Made by a program: the position numbers and the translations under genes
The notes under the pieces: generated by a model
Databases searched by the model: none
Seen by the model: the letters and a program-made list of their open reading frames with translations, nothing else
What the model was told of the DNA's origin: nothing
Part shown: positions 9,942-20,003 of the stretch, one piece after another
How the letters are laid out: the number at the start of each line of letters is the position of its first letter
Numbering within the stretch: position 1 is the first letter of the stretch
Assembly (NCBI GenBank): GCA_050294405.1
Contig: JBNKOC010000016.1
Location: forward strand, 96,001-160,000
Length of the DNA stretch: 64,000 nucleotides
Reading direction: 5' to 3'
From: Fibrobacteria bacterium
Lineage (GTDB): Bacteria; Fibrobacterota; Fibrobacteria; UBA11236; JADFYW01

Positions 9942-11186
9942 TTAATGTTTTAAGTTAATTAAAGAATGGGTCAAAATACCATGCGCCACGGCCACATTTA
10001 AGGATTCCATTTCCTTAACCTGGGGTATTTTTACCAATTCATCGCATTGAGAGGCGATTTTTTCATTAAGTCCTGCACCTTCATTTCCCAATACCAAAGC
10101 CACCTTTCTCTTTAGTTTGATGGTGTCTAATGTTACTGAAGAATGAGGGGATGTGCCAACAATAGTAAAGCCTTGCTGCCGTAGAAATTTGATTTTTGCA
10201 GAAAGGTCAACTCCTGCTTCAAAAGAAATTCTCAAAAAAGCGCTAGCTGAGGCTCGAACCACTTTTGGATTATGTACTTCGCAACAGCCTTTACCTAAAA
10301 TTACGGTATCCATTCCTAAAGCTAAGGAACTTCTAAAAATCGCTCCGATATTGCCTGGATCTTGAACTCCATCGAGTAAAGTGGCGAAACGAGCTGTGGA
10401 CCAATTTGGCCTTGGCGTGGAAAAATGGGCTACTCCAATGACGCCTTGCGGGGATTGAACATCGGATAAATGATCTAGTTCCTTTTGAGGCACTATGCGG
10501 TGTAAAACCCGTTGACGTTTAATTAGCTGCAAAAAAGAATTATCGGTAAATGTTTCTGAGATCAATACATCGGCAAAAATACTGGGTGAAATTTCGATTA
10601 TATCGGCAATTAATTTAGGTCCCTCAATTAAAAACTTAGACTCTTGCAGGCGGAATTTTTCTGTTTTTAATTTGGCGTACTTTTTAATGTATCCTGGAAA
10701 ATCAATTTCTTCATCAACCTGGGTGTTTTGGATTTCTCCTGTGAGCTTTTCGGCTTGAAGTCTGCGTTCGGCAAAGGAACGTCTTGGCTTGTTTACCCTG
10801 GAATCGTTTCCAAACCGGGATCTTCTTTCAGAATTAAACTCAGATCTACCTTCTGGGCGAAAGCGCGGTTTGTTACCGCCCCCAAAATTTGATTTTCCTC
10901 TGCTAAAATTTGACTCTCCTTCTGAATTATAACGAGGCTTTTTATCGTAACTTTGAGAAGAATACCCTTCTTTTTTATAGCTGGGTTTTTCGCCCGATTT
11001 ATAATTGTCCCGACCTTCTTTTTTAAACCTGTCTCTTTTTTCAAAATTGCGCGGAGAGCCATCGTCCCCACGGGAGTCTTTTCGAAAATCAGGTTTTCCA
11101 TGGGATTTAAAGCCAGGGCCTTTGCTAAAAGGACGTTTAGGCCCGGATTTTTTGAAGGGCCGTTTAGGGGGGATGTTATTAGGCAT
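9942..11186 (-). CDS. TrmH/SpoU family RNA 2'-O-methyltransferase with long basic low-complexity N-terminus
   Basis: SPOUT motifs LDGVQDPGNIGAIFRS, LVLGNEGAGL and ESLNVAVA. Confidence 0.92.
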   Translation of the reverse strand: MPNNIPPKRPFKKSGPKRPFSKGPGFKSHGKPDFRKDSRGDDGSPRNFEKRDRFKKEGRDNYKSGEKPSYKKEGYSSQSYDKKPRYNSEGESNFSRGKSNFGGGNKPRFRPEGRSEFNSERRSRFGNDSRVNKPRRSFAERRLQAEKLTGEIQNTQVDEEIDFPGYIKKYAKLKTEKFRLQESKFLIEGPKLIADIIEISPSIFADVLISETFTDNSFLQLIKRQRVLHRIVPQKELDHLSDVQSPQGVIGVAHFSTPRPNWSTARFATLLDGVQDPGNIGAIFRSSLALGMDTVILGKGCCEVHNPKVVRASASAFLRISFEAGVDLSAKIKFLRQQGFTIVGTSPHSSVTLDTIKLKRKVALVLGNEGAGLNEKIASQCDELVKIPQVKEMESLNVAVAHGILTHSLINLKH

Positions 11187-11208
11187 TATATTTAAACTCT
11201 TTTAGGTG

Positions 11209-13110
11209 TTATTCCACCATTTTACTATGGCTCACTTTTATCAGCTCCAGAGCTGCTTTATAAATTCCATTTGCATCCATGCCTAGTTCAGCATGGAGTT
11301 CAGGAATAGAACCATGGGTTACAAATTTATCGGGGATACCAACATGTTTTATGGGTACATTGTAAATGCCCAATTTTGACATAAGTTCGGATACGCCACT
11401 TCCAAAGCCGCCCATTACTACATTGTCTTCCACAGTAAGGACGCAGGAATGACGGCTAAATAGTTCTTTGTAGAATTCTTCTGACAGAGGTTTTACAAAT
11501 CTGGCATTAACAATAGTTGAGGAATAGCCTTGTTCTTTCAGCTTAGCTCCCACTTCTGTGGCGTAATGAAGCATGTGGCCTACGGCCACAATAGCAATAT
11601 CATCACCGCTTTCGATGGTTTCCGGTTCTCCAATTTTTAATTTAGCTGCTGGTTTTTCGGGCACACCTAGGATATTTCCTTTTGGAAAACGAAAAGCTAT
11701 AGGGCCATTTTTGTATTCAAGGGCAGTTAGCAACATTGATTTTAAGTCGTTTTCATCTGCGGGGGCCATGATAACCATGTTCGGAATCATCCTGAGGTAA
11801 GATAAATCCATAGCTCCATGGTGTGTGGGGCCGTCCACACCCACCAAACCGGAATGGCTCATGGCAAACACAACATTTAAATTCTGAATGGCTACATCAT
11901 GTATAACTTGGTCAAAAGCCCGTTGCAGGAATGTAGAGTATATGGCGCAAACGGGGGTTATGCCCTCGCAAGCTAATCCAGCAGCAAAGGTTACTGCGTA
12001 TTGTTCGGCGATACCCACATCATATACTTGCTCAGGCAATTCAGATTGCATGGCATCTAACCCAACTCCGTCTGGCATGGCGGCAGTGATGGCGATTATT
12101 TTTGGATCTTTTTTAGCATAGCGCGTTAACTCCTGACCAAATACTTTAGCGAAGGAAGGTATGGTATTGGTGGCCTTGCGAACCCCAGATGAAGGATCAA
12201 AAGGTGTGGAAGCATGCCATTTGTAAGAGTCTTTTTCTGCCAATTGCCAGCCACGGCCTTTTTCGGTAATAACATGGACAATGGATGGCCTGTTTAAATC
12301 TTTTATGTTTTCAAATATTTCTGTAAGCTCAGCAATATTATGGCCATCGATTGGGCCAAAATAGCGGATTCCAATATCCTCAAAAAAACCTCCGGGCAAA
12401 ACCATATGTTTTACACCTTCATCTACTTTGCGCACCAGCTTGCGCAAGCGGTCTGAAAAGTTTTGGGAAAATTTGCCTGTGAGTTCCCACACTTCGTCTT
12501 TCAGTTTGTTGTAAGTGGGATTGGCAATAATTTTGGTAAGATATTTGTGAACCGCTCCCACATTGGGGGCGATAGACATGGTGTTGTCATTGAGCACAAT
12601 GGTTAATTTGCAATCGCTGACTCCTGCATTATTTAAAGCTTCATAGGCCATACCACCGGTTAAGGAGCCATCGCCAATTACAGCCACCACATGGTCGTCT
12701 TTTTTGTTGTGAACCATGGCTCTGGCAAAACCCATAGCAGCGGCAATGGAGGTGGAGGCGTGTCCAGCGCCAAATACATCGTATTCGCTTTCGCTTCTTT
12801 TTAAAAAACCACTGAGCCCACCGTAAGTTTTAAGGCTGTGAAATGAATTATAGCGGCCGGTAATCAGCTTATGGGGATAAGCCTGGTGGCCAACATCCCA
12901 GATAAGCTTATCCGTTGGTGTGTTGTATACCTTGTGTAGCGCTAAAGTCAGTTCCACCGAACCCAGGTTGGAAGCAAAGTGGCCTCCTTTGGTAGATACA
13001 TGCGTTACAATGTAATCCCTGATTTCAGCAGCTAACTGTTCTAATTGTGTGTCGTCCAGGTCCCGAATATCCTGAGGGCCTGAAATTGATTCCAAAATAT
13101 TTCCCATCAC
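11209..13110 (-). CDS. dxs: 1-deoxy-D-xylulose-5-phosphate synthase
   Basis: GGHFASNLG, WDVGHQAYPHK, GDGSLTGGMAYEALN, DVGIAEQ, DGPTHHG. Confidence 0.98.
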   Translation of the reverse strand: MMGNILESISGPQDIRDLDDTQLEQLAAEIRDYIVTHVSTKGGHFASNLGSVELTLALHKVYNTPTDKLIWDVGHQAYPHKLITGRYNSFHSLKTYGGLSGFLKRSESEYDVFGAGHASTSIAAAMGFARAMVHNKKDDHVVAVIGDGSLTGGMAYEALNNAGVSDCKLTIVLNDNTMSIAPNVGAVHKYLTKIIANPTYNKLKDEVWELTGKFSQNFSDRLRKLVRKVDEGVKHMVLPGGFFEDIGIRYFGPIDGHNIAELTEIFENIKDLNRPSIVHVITEKGRGWQLAEKDSYKWHASTPFDPSSGVRKATNTIPSFAKVFGQELTRYAKKDPKIIAITAAMPDGVGLDAMQSELPEQVYDVGIAEQYAVTFAAGLACEGITPVCAIYSTFLQRAFDQVIHDVAIQNLNVVFAMSHSGLVGVDGPTHHGAMDLSYLRMIPNMVIMAPADENDLKSMLLTALEYKNGPIAFRFPKGNILGVPEKPAAKLKIGEPETIESGDDIAIVAVGHMLHYATEVGAKLKEQGYSSTIVNARFVKPLSEEFYKELFSRHSCVLTVEDNVVMGGFGSGVSELMSKLGIYNVPIKHVGIPDKFVTHGSIPELHAELGMDANGIYKAALELIKVSHSKMVE

Positions 13111-13120
13111 TATCTCTAAA

Positions 13121-13996
13121 TTAATTTACCCTGAAAACTATAAATTTTGCGAATTCTTCTAAAATTTTTGTCTCCATATTTAGGCTATGGAGAGTTAAAA
13201 TAGCCTCATCCATTAGCTTTTGAGCCCGGATTTTTGATTCTTCCAGCCCTAAGATAGCAGGGTAGGTGGCTTTATTTCTGTCAGAATCAGAACCCGCATC
13301 TTTTCCCAAAGCCTCCGTAGTTTGTTCCACATCCAATATATCGTCTACAATTTGAAAGGCGAGGCCAATTTTTCTGCCATAAAGGCTAAGTTTATCAATG
13401 GTTTCTTTATCGGCTCCGGCCAGTTGCGCCCCAATAGCAATGGATGCTTCAATTAGTCTGGCTGTTTTGTGAATATGGATATATTCTACGGTTTCTTCGG
13501 AAACCCTTTGGCCTTCGGCCAGAATGTCCTCCATTTGCCCGCCAATCATTCCATCAATACCCAGGGCGGAGGCGAGGGTTTCAATGCTTTCCGGGTGGCC
13601 TGTTCTGCTTAAAAGCTGAAAGGCAAGAATACAAAGGGCATCTCCAGCCAAAACAGCGGCTGCCTCTCCAAAAACTTTGTGGTTTGTGGGATTGCCCCGT
13701 CTAAAATCATCATCGTCCATGCAGGGTAAATCGTCGTGGATTAAGGAAAAAGTATGGAGCAGTTCTAATGCGCTGGTGGCCAGGAATATTTTGTCTCCCT
13801 TGCCCTGACAGGCTTCGAAAGAGGCCAAAGCCAGAGCGGGGCGAATGCGCTTTCCCCCTGCGAAAACAGAGTAGCGCATGGACTCACATAGCTTTTTGGC
13901 ATAGCCATTGGGCTGGGGCAGGTGCTCTTCGAGATAATGGTTTACCTTTGAGCTCACCTCTTTTAAATAACTTTCGAATAATCCGGTTTTTATCAT
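13121..13996 (-). CDS. ispA: Farnesyl/geranylgeranyl diphosphate synthase
   Basis: GGKRIRP, SLIHDDLPCMDDDDFRRG and FQIVDDILD motifs. ATG at 13996 is preferred. Confidence 0.93.
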   Translation of the reverse strand: MIKTGLFESYLKEVSSKVNHYLEEHLPQPNGYAKKLCESMRYSVFAGGKRIRPALALASFEACQGKGDKIFLATSALELLHTFSLIHDDLPCMDDDDFRRGNPTNHKVFGEAAAVLAGDALCILAFQLLSRTGHPESIETLASALGIDGMIGGQMEDILAEGQRVSEETVEYIHIHKTARLIEASIAIGAQLAGADKETIDKLSLYGRKIGLAFQIVDDILDVEQTTEALGKDAGSDSDRNKATYPAILGLEESKIRAQKLMDEAILTLHSLNMETKILEEFAKFIVFRVN

Positions 13997-14109
13997 GGGC
14001 AATTTTCCTAGGGCTATCAAGATAGCAAAAATATGGAATTAATCCTTAAAACAGCCAAAAATAATAATGGCGCTGCCCGGTAAATCAATTTGAAGAATTG
14101 CCGAAAAAT

Positions 14110-14305
14110 CGGTTCTTAGAGTGCTCCGTCGCAGATGGAATCGAAGTGTTTCGAACCTTCCATTCGAAACGTTTAAAGGCCCTCTCCCGGTTAGTACTTC
14201 CCCCTCAAGGAGGGCATGCACGAGGCGAAAGAAAAGCCATTTTGTTTTTTAAGCATCAAGGTCGAGCCACATACAATTCCGCGCGACAGAGCTTTCTAAG
14301 AACCG
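14110..14305 (-). ncRNA. ssrS: 6S RNA
   Basis: Directly downstream of zapA, a known ssrS position. The minus strand folds as a long rod: GGTTCTTAGA/TCTAAGAACC, GCTCTGTCGC/GCGACGGAGC, GGAATTG/CGATTCC, TCGACCTT/AAGGTTCGA, then an A-rich central bubble and a CCCTC..GAGGG apical stem. About 195 nt. Confidence 0.85.
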
Positions 14306-14598
14306 GTTGCCATTTCCAGAGACTGGCTTAAATTTTTGGCCCGGTTTTCCAAATTCTGGGACATATTTTCCAGGTTTTCCAGTTTGGAACGGGCTTCAAA
14401 AAGTTCACCGGCAATGTTCATGGCTGCTAAAATAGAAACTTTTAGCTTATCTCCATTAAAATGGTTGATATTTAGTTCTTTCACCTTATAATCCACGTAG
14501 CCTGCGATTTTTTCAATTTCACCTTTTGGCACATCGGATTTAATCTGGAATTGCTCCCCGCAGATATTAACTCTATGGGTATGTATCATTTCGCTCAT
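14296..14598 (-). CDS. zapA: Cell division protein ZapA
   Basis: V.ICGEQFQIKS, IAGYVDYKV, SILAAMNIAGELF followed by a coiled coil. Confidence 0.9.
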   Translation of the reverse strand: MSEMIHTHRVNICGEQFQIKSDVPKGEIEKIAGYVDYKVKELNINHFNGDKLKVSILAAMNIAGELFEARSKLENLENMSQNLENRAKNLSQSLEMATGS

Positions 14599-14629
14599 GG
14601 AAACCTGCTTGTGTGAAAGACCTGGCCTA

Positions 14630-15037
14630 TCAAACCATTATTTCATCTAATTTTTTTTCATCAAGCCTGGAAATCAAATTCTGAATTCTTTCTCCAGCCT
14701 TACTTAAATTATCTCTTTTTTCTGAAAATTCGCTCTCTAATTTTTGAATCATTTCTTCTTTTTCCAGAATTTCGTTTTCCAGCTTCTCGATGTCCCCTTC
14801 TTTTCCTCTGATTTTATCTTCAAGAGTTTGAATATATTGTGTTTTTTGAGAAACTTCTTCGTTCAGCTCATTGATGGATTCTTCTTTTGCCGAAATCTGA
14901 AGGTTGAGATTTTCCGAATTTTCAATTTGCCGTTTAACTTCTTCCTGAAGATCTTGGTTTTTGTCTTTGAGCTGACCAATAACATCCAGCGCTAACATTA
15001 CCTTTTCTTCTAATATATCAAATTGTGTGGTTTCCAT
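14630..15037 (-). CDS. ZapB-like coiled-coil protein
   Basis: FDILEEKV..ALDVI..LK..N..L N-terminus and ERIQNLISRLD C-terminus. All coiled coil, upstream of zapA. GAGG SD precedes ATG 15037. Confidence 0.7.
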   Translation of the reverse strand: METTQFDILEEKVMLALDVIGQLKDKNQDLQEEVKRQIENSENLNLQISAKEESINELNEEVSQKTQYIQTLEDKIRGKEGDIEKLENEILEKEEMIQKLESEFSEKRDNLSKAGERIQNLISRLDEKKLDEIMV

Positions 15038-15178
15038 GTTGTGACCTCGCATTTAGGTGAATACCTATTAATAAATAATCCTGTATATCCCCTGTCAAGT
15101 AAGACTTTGAGCTGGCCCGGGTATTTTACAAACCCATAACACAAAATCTGCCGCATTGGCCTCTAATTTTTTTTGCAA

Positions 15179-17605
15179 CTATTTAAATGATATTTCAGGA
15201 ATCTCGCTTAGCTTATCGGAAATGCGTTTCTGGCTTTTATTGATTTCCTCGTCTTTCAAACTGCGTTCAGGGTGGTTGTAGGTAAAACTGTAATGGAGGG
15301 CCTTTTTATTGTCTCCAATTTCGGAACCTTCGTAAATGGAGTTTAATTTTACTCCTTGCAAAAACTTAGCTTCCCTTAAAGGCATCCAGCTCAATATCTG
15401 TTCATGGCTCACTGTTTTGTCTACTACAATATTCATCTCTCTTGTGGCGCTGGACATGTTGTTGAAGCTCTGAAATTGTTTGGCTTTTATTTTTTGTTCC
15501 AGCAAGAGATTCAAATTGATTTCTCCTACCAGGCATTCTCCTTTTATTTGGAAATTTTTTGCAGCAATGGGGTGCAGGCTCCCCAGTGAGCCAAGAACCT
15601 GGCCATTTACCAAAATTTCTGCGCTTTCTTTGGGATGCAAATATGGCGCATTCGCCGGATATTTAAACTCAGCCTCATAGCCCAGGCTGGCTAAAGCGTT
15701 TTCTACCAGGCCTTTGATGCTGTAAAAATCCACTTCCGAATTTTCTTTTTTCCAGCTAAGGGCCGGCCACTGTCCGCAAAGCACGATTCCCAAAATATCC
15801 TGCTCTATCACTCCGGGGTTTTTGGCATCCCGTTTTTTGGCGTCAGACCAAAATACCTTTCCCAATTCAAAGAGCCTGCAGTCTTTTTGCTGGTTGCGTT
15901 GGTTTCTGGAAACCGATTGCAACAAATTATGCAGGATGTTAATAGGCAAGGTCATTCCCTCTTCACTTAAAGGGTTTTTCAAATAAATAATTTTTTCTTT
16001 TTGTTCCTCTTTGGAATAAAGCAGGCTCTCGCCCTGGTTAGCAGGAGCAAAACGCAGGCTCAAGGCTTCATTTAAACCTGAGGAGGATAAATGGTTTCTG
16101 AGTTTGTTGGAAATCACTTCCAGAGGCGGCAAAAAACCTGTGGCCATGGGAAAGCTTGGCAATATATCGGGTATGTTATTAAAATCATGAAGCCGGGCGA
16201 TTTCTTCAATAAGGTCGATTTCCCGTTCCAAATCCGGGCGGAAGCCAGGGGCAAGGCAAGTATAGGCTTCTTTTGCTTTGTCTGTACCGGTTACCTGCAC
16301 TTCCAGGGCTTCCAACATTCTTTTTATATCTTCCTTGGGAATACTATGGCCTAAAACTTTTTTAACCCGGTCCAACCGAAGACTTATTTCTTTTGGTTTT
16401 ACGGGATGCTGCTTTGATACAAAGGAGCTGGGGCTTTCCGCAATTTTTCCCCCGGCTACATCCACAATTAGATGGGCCAGGTAAGCGCTGACTTGCTCGA
16501 TACCCAAGGGATTGATACCTCTTTCAAAGCGGTAGGAAGAATCAGAAATCAACTGATGCCGTTTGGACTGAGCCCTAATGGTGGCCGGATCGAAATATGC
16601 CACTTCTAAGAGGATATTGCTGGTTGTCTCGTCCACTTTTGTGCTTTCCCCGCCCATAACTCCGGCCAGGCAAACAGGGCCACTGGAATCGGCAATGACC
16701 AAGTCCCGGCTGTCCAACTCCCTGGTCTCTTCATCAAGTGTTTGCAGTTTTTCTGAACTCTTTCCATTGCGGATTATTATTTCAGGGCCATTTAATTTGT
16801 CTAAGTCAAAACTGTGGGAGGGGTGGCCTGTTTCCAATAACACATAATTGGTGAGGTCCACAATGTTATTGATGCTTTTTTGCCCCATGCTTTTTAATGC
16901 GTCCACCAACCACCCAGGGCTTGGACCGACTTTAACACCACTAATAATTTTAGCAGTATACATACTGCAGGCTTCAGGGTTATCCACTTTAATGGAAAAT
17001 GAGTTGGATGGCGTTGCAGCCTCTACCTTTTGAGGAACCGGGTTGTTCATTTTGAGCCCGTAAAAAGCAGCCAATTCTCTGGCAACCCCCAAATGGCAAA
17101 GAGCATCCGGCCGGTTGGGGGTAATGCTAATATCAAAAATAACATCGCACAATCCGGGAAGATTTTTAAGGGGAATTCCCAATGGGGTATTGGCAGGAAG
17201 TTCTATAATTCCATCGTGGGAATCTCCCAATCCGATTTCATCCTCGGCGCAGATCATGCCAAAAGATTCCACTCCCCGGATTTTTGCTTTTTTAATTTTA
17301 AAATTTCCGGGAAGCACCGCTCCTACTTTAGCGAAGATAACCTTTTGGCCCGCAGCTACATTGGGGGCGCCGCAAACAACCTGAAAGCTCTCACTGCCAT
17401 CGTTTACTTTACACAGGGATAATTTTTCCGCATCAGGGTGTTTTTCGCAGGATTCCACATAGGCAGATACCAATAGGGGAGAATCCACTCCCGCAAATTG
17501 GACCTCTTCCACTTCCAATCCTAAATTGGTAAGCACCCGGGAAATTTCCTCGGGGTCCGCATTTACATCCACATATTTTTTGAGCCAATTTAAACTGATT
17601 AACAT
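15179..17605 (-). CDS. pheT: Phenylalanyl-tRNA synthetase beta subunit
   Basis: MLISLNWLK, HPDAEKL, VVCGAPNV, TPNRPD, SSYRFERG. Confidence 0.98.
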   Translation of the reverse strand: MLISLNWLKKYVDVNADPEEISRVLTNLGLEVEEVQFAGVDSPLLVSAYVESCEKHPDAEKLSLCKVNDGSESFQVVCGAPNVAAGQKVIFAKVGAVLPGNFKIKKAKIRGVESFGMICAEDEIGLGDSHDGIIELPANTPLGIPLKNLPGLCDVIFDISITPNRPDALCHLGVARELAAFYGLKMNNPVPQKVEAATPSNSFSIKVDNPEACSMYTAKIISGVKVGPSPGWLVDALKSMGQKSINNIVDLTNYVLLETGHPSHSFDLDKLNGPEIIIRNGKSSEKLQTLDEETRELDSRDLVIADSSGPVCLAGVMGGESTKVDETTSNILLEVAYFDPATIRAQSKRHQLISDSSYRFERGINPLGIEQVSAYLAHLIVDVAGGKIAESPSSFVSKQHPVKPKEISLRLDRVKKVLGHSIPKEDIKRMLEALEVQVTGTDKAKEAYTCLAPGFRPDLEREIDLIEEIARLHDFNNIPDILPSFPMATGFLPPLEVISNKLRNHLSSSGLNEALSLRFAPANQGESLLYSKEEQKEKIIYLKNPLSEEGMTLPINILHNLLQSVSRNQRNQQKDCRLFELGKVFWSDAKKRDAKNPGVIEQDILGIVLCGQWPALSWKKENSEVDFYSIKGLVENALASLGYEAEFKYPANAPYLHPKESAEILVNGQVLGSLGSLHPIAAKNFQIKGECLVGEINLNLLLEQKIKAKQFQSFNNMSSATREMNIVVDKTVSHEQILSWMPLREAKFLQGVKLNSIYEGSEIGDNKKALHYSFTYNHPERSLKDEEINKSQKRISDKLSEIPEISFK

Positions 17606-17615
17606 TGGGATTTAC

Positions 17616-18638
17616 CTAAAACTGTTTTAAAAATCTGTTGTCGTTTCCTGTGAGCAATCCAATTTCAGGAATGCCGTATTTTATCATGGTTATTCGGTCT
17701 ATGCCAAAGCCAAAGGCAAAACCAGAATACACTTCGGGATCGATGCCCACATTTTCAAATACATTTGGGTCTACGCATCCACAGCCGCCAATTTCCAGCC
17801 AACCTGTCTGACTGCAAACTCTACAACCGCTTCCGCCGCAAATAGAGCAGGTTACATCCATTTCTGCGGAGGGTTCTGTAAATGGAAAAAAGCTAGGGCG
17901 AAACCGGATTTTTACCGATTGGCCGAACATATGCCGCACCCAACTGTAAAGCACCGCTTTTAAGTGGGCGAAGGAAATATCCTTGTCCACCACCAGACCC
18001 TCTACTTGTTGGAACATGGGGGCGTGAGATGAATCGCTATCGGCTCGGTATACACATCCAGGAGCAATTACCTTTAAAGGTGGTTTTTTGTTTTCCATAA
18101 CATGGATTTGCACACCGGAAGTTTGGGTTCGGAGTACTACGCCTTCATCCACATAAAAGGTGTCCTGCATGTCACGGGCTGGGTGGTGGGCAGGAATGTT
18201 AAGGGCTTCAAAGTTATACCAGTCCGTTTCCACTTCCCGGCCCTTTTCAATTTCAAATCCCATTTTAAGGAAAAAATCAATGATATCGCCGCGGACCTGA
18301 TTGAGGGGATGTATGCTTCCGGGCAGATTGTTTTTTCCGGGAAGGCTGGTGTCTAAACTGGAGGAGGCGAATTTAGCTTCCAATAGTTTTTCATCCAGTT
18401 TTTTTTGTAATTCGTCTAAAACCTGGGTGGCTTTGTCCCGAAGTTGGTTTACTTTTTCTCCGTAGGCGGGCCGTTCTTCGGGTGTTAAAGTTCCCATGGA
18501 ACGCATAAGGGCCGAAATATCTCCCTTTTTGCCCAAGTATTTTACTTTTAAACTCTTTAAAGCCTCGGAGCTCAGTTCGGATTCCAGTTTTTTGGCTTCG
18601 GCTTCAAAAGCCTCTGATAATTCTTGTATACTACTCAT
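17616..18638 (-). CDS. pheS: Phenylalanyl-tRNA synthetase alpha subunit
   Basis: HHPARDMQDTFY, RPSFFPFTEPS, GFAFGFGIDR. Confidence 0.98.
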   Translation of the reverse strand: MSSIQELSEAFEAEAKKLESELSSEALKSLKVKYLGKKGDISALMRSMGTLTPEERPAYGEKVNQLRDKATQVLDELQKKLDEKLLEAKFASSSLDTSLPGKNNLPGSIHPLNQVRGDIIDFFLKMGFEIEKGREVETDWYNFEALNIPAHHPARDMQDTFYVDEGVVLRTQTSGVQIHVMENKKPPLKVIAPGCVYRADSDSSHAPMFQQVEGLVVDKDISFAHLKAVLYSWVRHMFGQSVKIRFRPSFFPFTEPSAEMDVTCSICGGSGCRVCSQTGWLEIGGCGCVDPNVFENVGIDPEVYSGFAFGFGIDRITMIKYGIPEIGLLTGNDNRFLKQF

Positions 18639-18695
18639 AAGGCCCTTAATTATAATAAAAATGGCGCATAGCCCCTACACATCCTGGGGAAGGAT

Positions 18696-18720
18696 AAAAA
18701 AAGGGAGCCCTAAGGCTCCC
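18696..18720 (-). terminator. Intrinsic terminator between rplT and pheS
   Basis: Minus strand GGGAGCC-TTAG-GGCTCCC followed by TTTTTTT. Confidence 0.8.
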
Positions 18721-18756
18721 GCAATATCCAAATGTATGTAAGCAGTAAAATAAAAT

Positions 18757-19107
18757 TTAGGCTGCTTTAGCCAATGAAGCCACCTTTTCAAAGGCTGCTG
18801 CATCGGAAATAGCTAAATCAGAAAGCACTTTTCTGTCCAGCTCCACACCGGCTTTTTTAAGTCCGGCCATTAATCTGGAATAGCTAAGACCCAATTCGCG
18901 GGCTGCTGCATTTATGCGAACAATCCACAATTGGCGAAATTGTGCTTTTTTGTCTTTGCGGCCGATGTATGCATTTTGACCTGCGTGATCCACCGCTTCT
19001 TTAGCTAATCTTAAATTTGATTTTCTTCTTCCATAATAGCCTTTGGCGGCTTTTAAAATTCTTTTGCGCCGGGCTCTGGAGGGTACTCGCGTTTTCGCTC
19101 TTGGCAT
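18757..19107 (-). CDS. rplT: 50S ribosomal protein L20
   Basis: [30 protein letters not shown]. Confidence 0.99.
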   Translation of the reverse strand: MPRAKTRVPSRARRKRILKAAKGYYGRRKSNLRLAKEAVDHAGQNAYIGRKDKKAQFRQLWIVRINAAARELGLSYSRLMAGLKKAGVELDRKVLSDLAISDAAAFEKVASLAKAA

Positions 19108-19126
19108 AATTTACTCCTGAAAAATT

Positions 19127-19321
19127 CTATGAGGCTAAAAGTTGTTTCATTCTGGGAGCATCTGCCTCTGAAACCAGGGCGGGACTTCCCAACTGACGTT
19201 TGGTTTTTGGGGATTGTTTAGCAAGAATGTGATTCAATCCTGCAGAACCCCGTTTGATTTTTCCGGTGGCGGTTTTTTTAAATCTTTTTTTTGCGCCACT
19301 GTGTGTTTTCATTTTTGGCAT
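19127..19321 (-). CDS. rpmI: 50S ribosomal protein L35
   Basis: [17 protein letters not shown]. Confidence 0.99.
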   Translation of the reverse strand: MPKMKTHSGAKKRFKKTATGKIKRGSAGLNHILAKQSPKTKRQLGSPALVSEADAPRMKQLLAS

Positions 19322-19343
19322 AATGCTACTCTTGTTTAGTTAT

Positions 19344-19958
19344 TTATTCCTCGTTTAAATCGTCATCGTTGTCCAAATCAGAATCGTCGCCGGAATCTGC
19401 TTCTTTTTTAACAGCTGCTTTGGCAATTCCCTTGGCAGGCACAAACATAGCAGATAAGTTGCGGCCTTCCTGCTTCATTGGAGATTCCAATTCTCCCACG
19501 CCTTCCAAGTCTTCTTCCATTTGCTTTAGCCAACGGCTGCCGTATTCCACGTGGGCCATTTCCCGTCCTCTAAATACAACACTGGCTTTTAGTTTAAAGC
19601 CCTTGGACAAAAAAACCTTTCCCTGTTCCATTCGATAACGGTAATCGTTAACATCGGTTTTCGGGTGAAACTTGATTTCTTTGACCTTAACAACATGCTG
19701 CTTTGCCTTTGCCGCCTTGGCTTTTTTAGCCTCGGTGTACTTGTATTTGCCGTAGTCCAAGATGCGGCAAACAGGTGGTCTGGCAGCGCCGGATACTTCC
19801 ACTAAATCTAATCCGACTTCCCGGGCTTTAGCGATTGCCTCGTGGGTGTTTAATATACCCAACTGACTGCCATCGGCGCCTATAACCCGAACTTCACTTG
19901 TATTGTATAGGATTCGTTCGTTTACACGAACTTTTGGACCCTTGTGTTTTTTAAGCAA
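19344..19958 (-). CDS. infC: Translation initiation factor IF-3 (non-AUG start, exact codon uncertain)
   Basis: RVNERI, LDLVEV, PPVCRILDYGKYKY, VKEIKF, FRGRE. Located between thrS and rpmI. Confidence 0.97.
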   Translation of the reverse strand: MLKKHKGPKVRVNERILYNTSEVRVIGADGSQLGILNTHEAIAKAREVGLDLVEVSGAARPPVCRILDYGKYKYTEAKKAKAAKAKQHVVKVKEIKFHPKTDVNDYRYRMEQGKVFLSKGFKLKASVVFRGREMAHVEYGSRWLKQMEEDLEGVGELESPMKQEGRNLSAMFVPAKGIAKAAVKKEADSGDDSDLDNDDDLNEE

Positions 19959-20003
19959 ATTCCTCCTAAACTCTAAAATTTGACAATTTATTAATAAAAA
20001 TAT

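Noticed and set aside
14039..14331. ORF-track ORFs 14039-14221 (-) and 14098-14331 (+)
   Set aside because: They overlap the 6S RNA structure and have no protein-like features.
15070..15098. Perfect TTGACA upstream of the zapB-like gene
   Set aside because: No convincing -10 hexamer at 16-18 nt spacing, so it was not called as a promoter.
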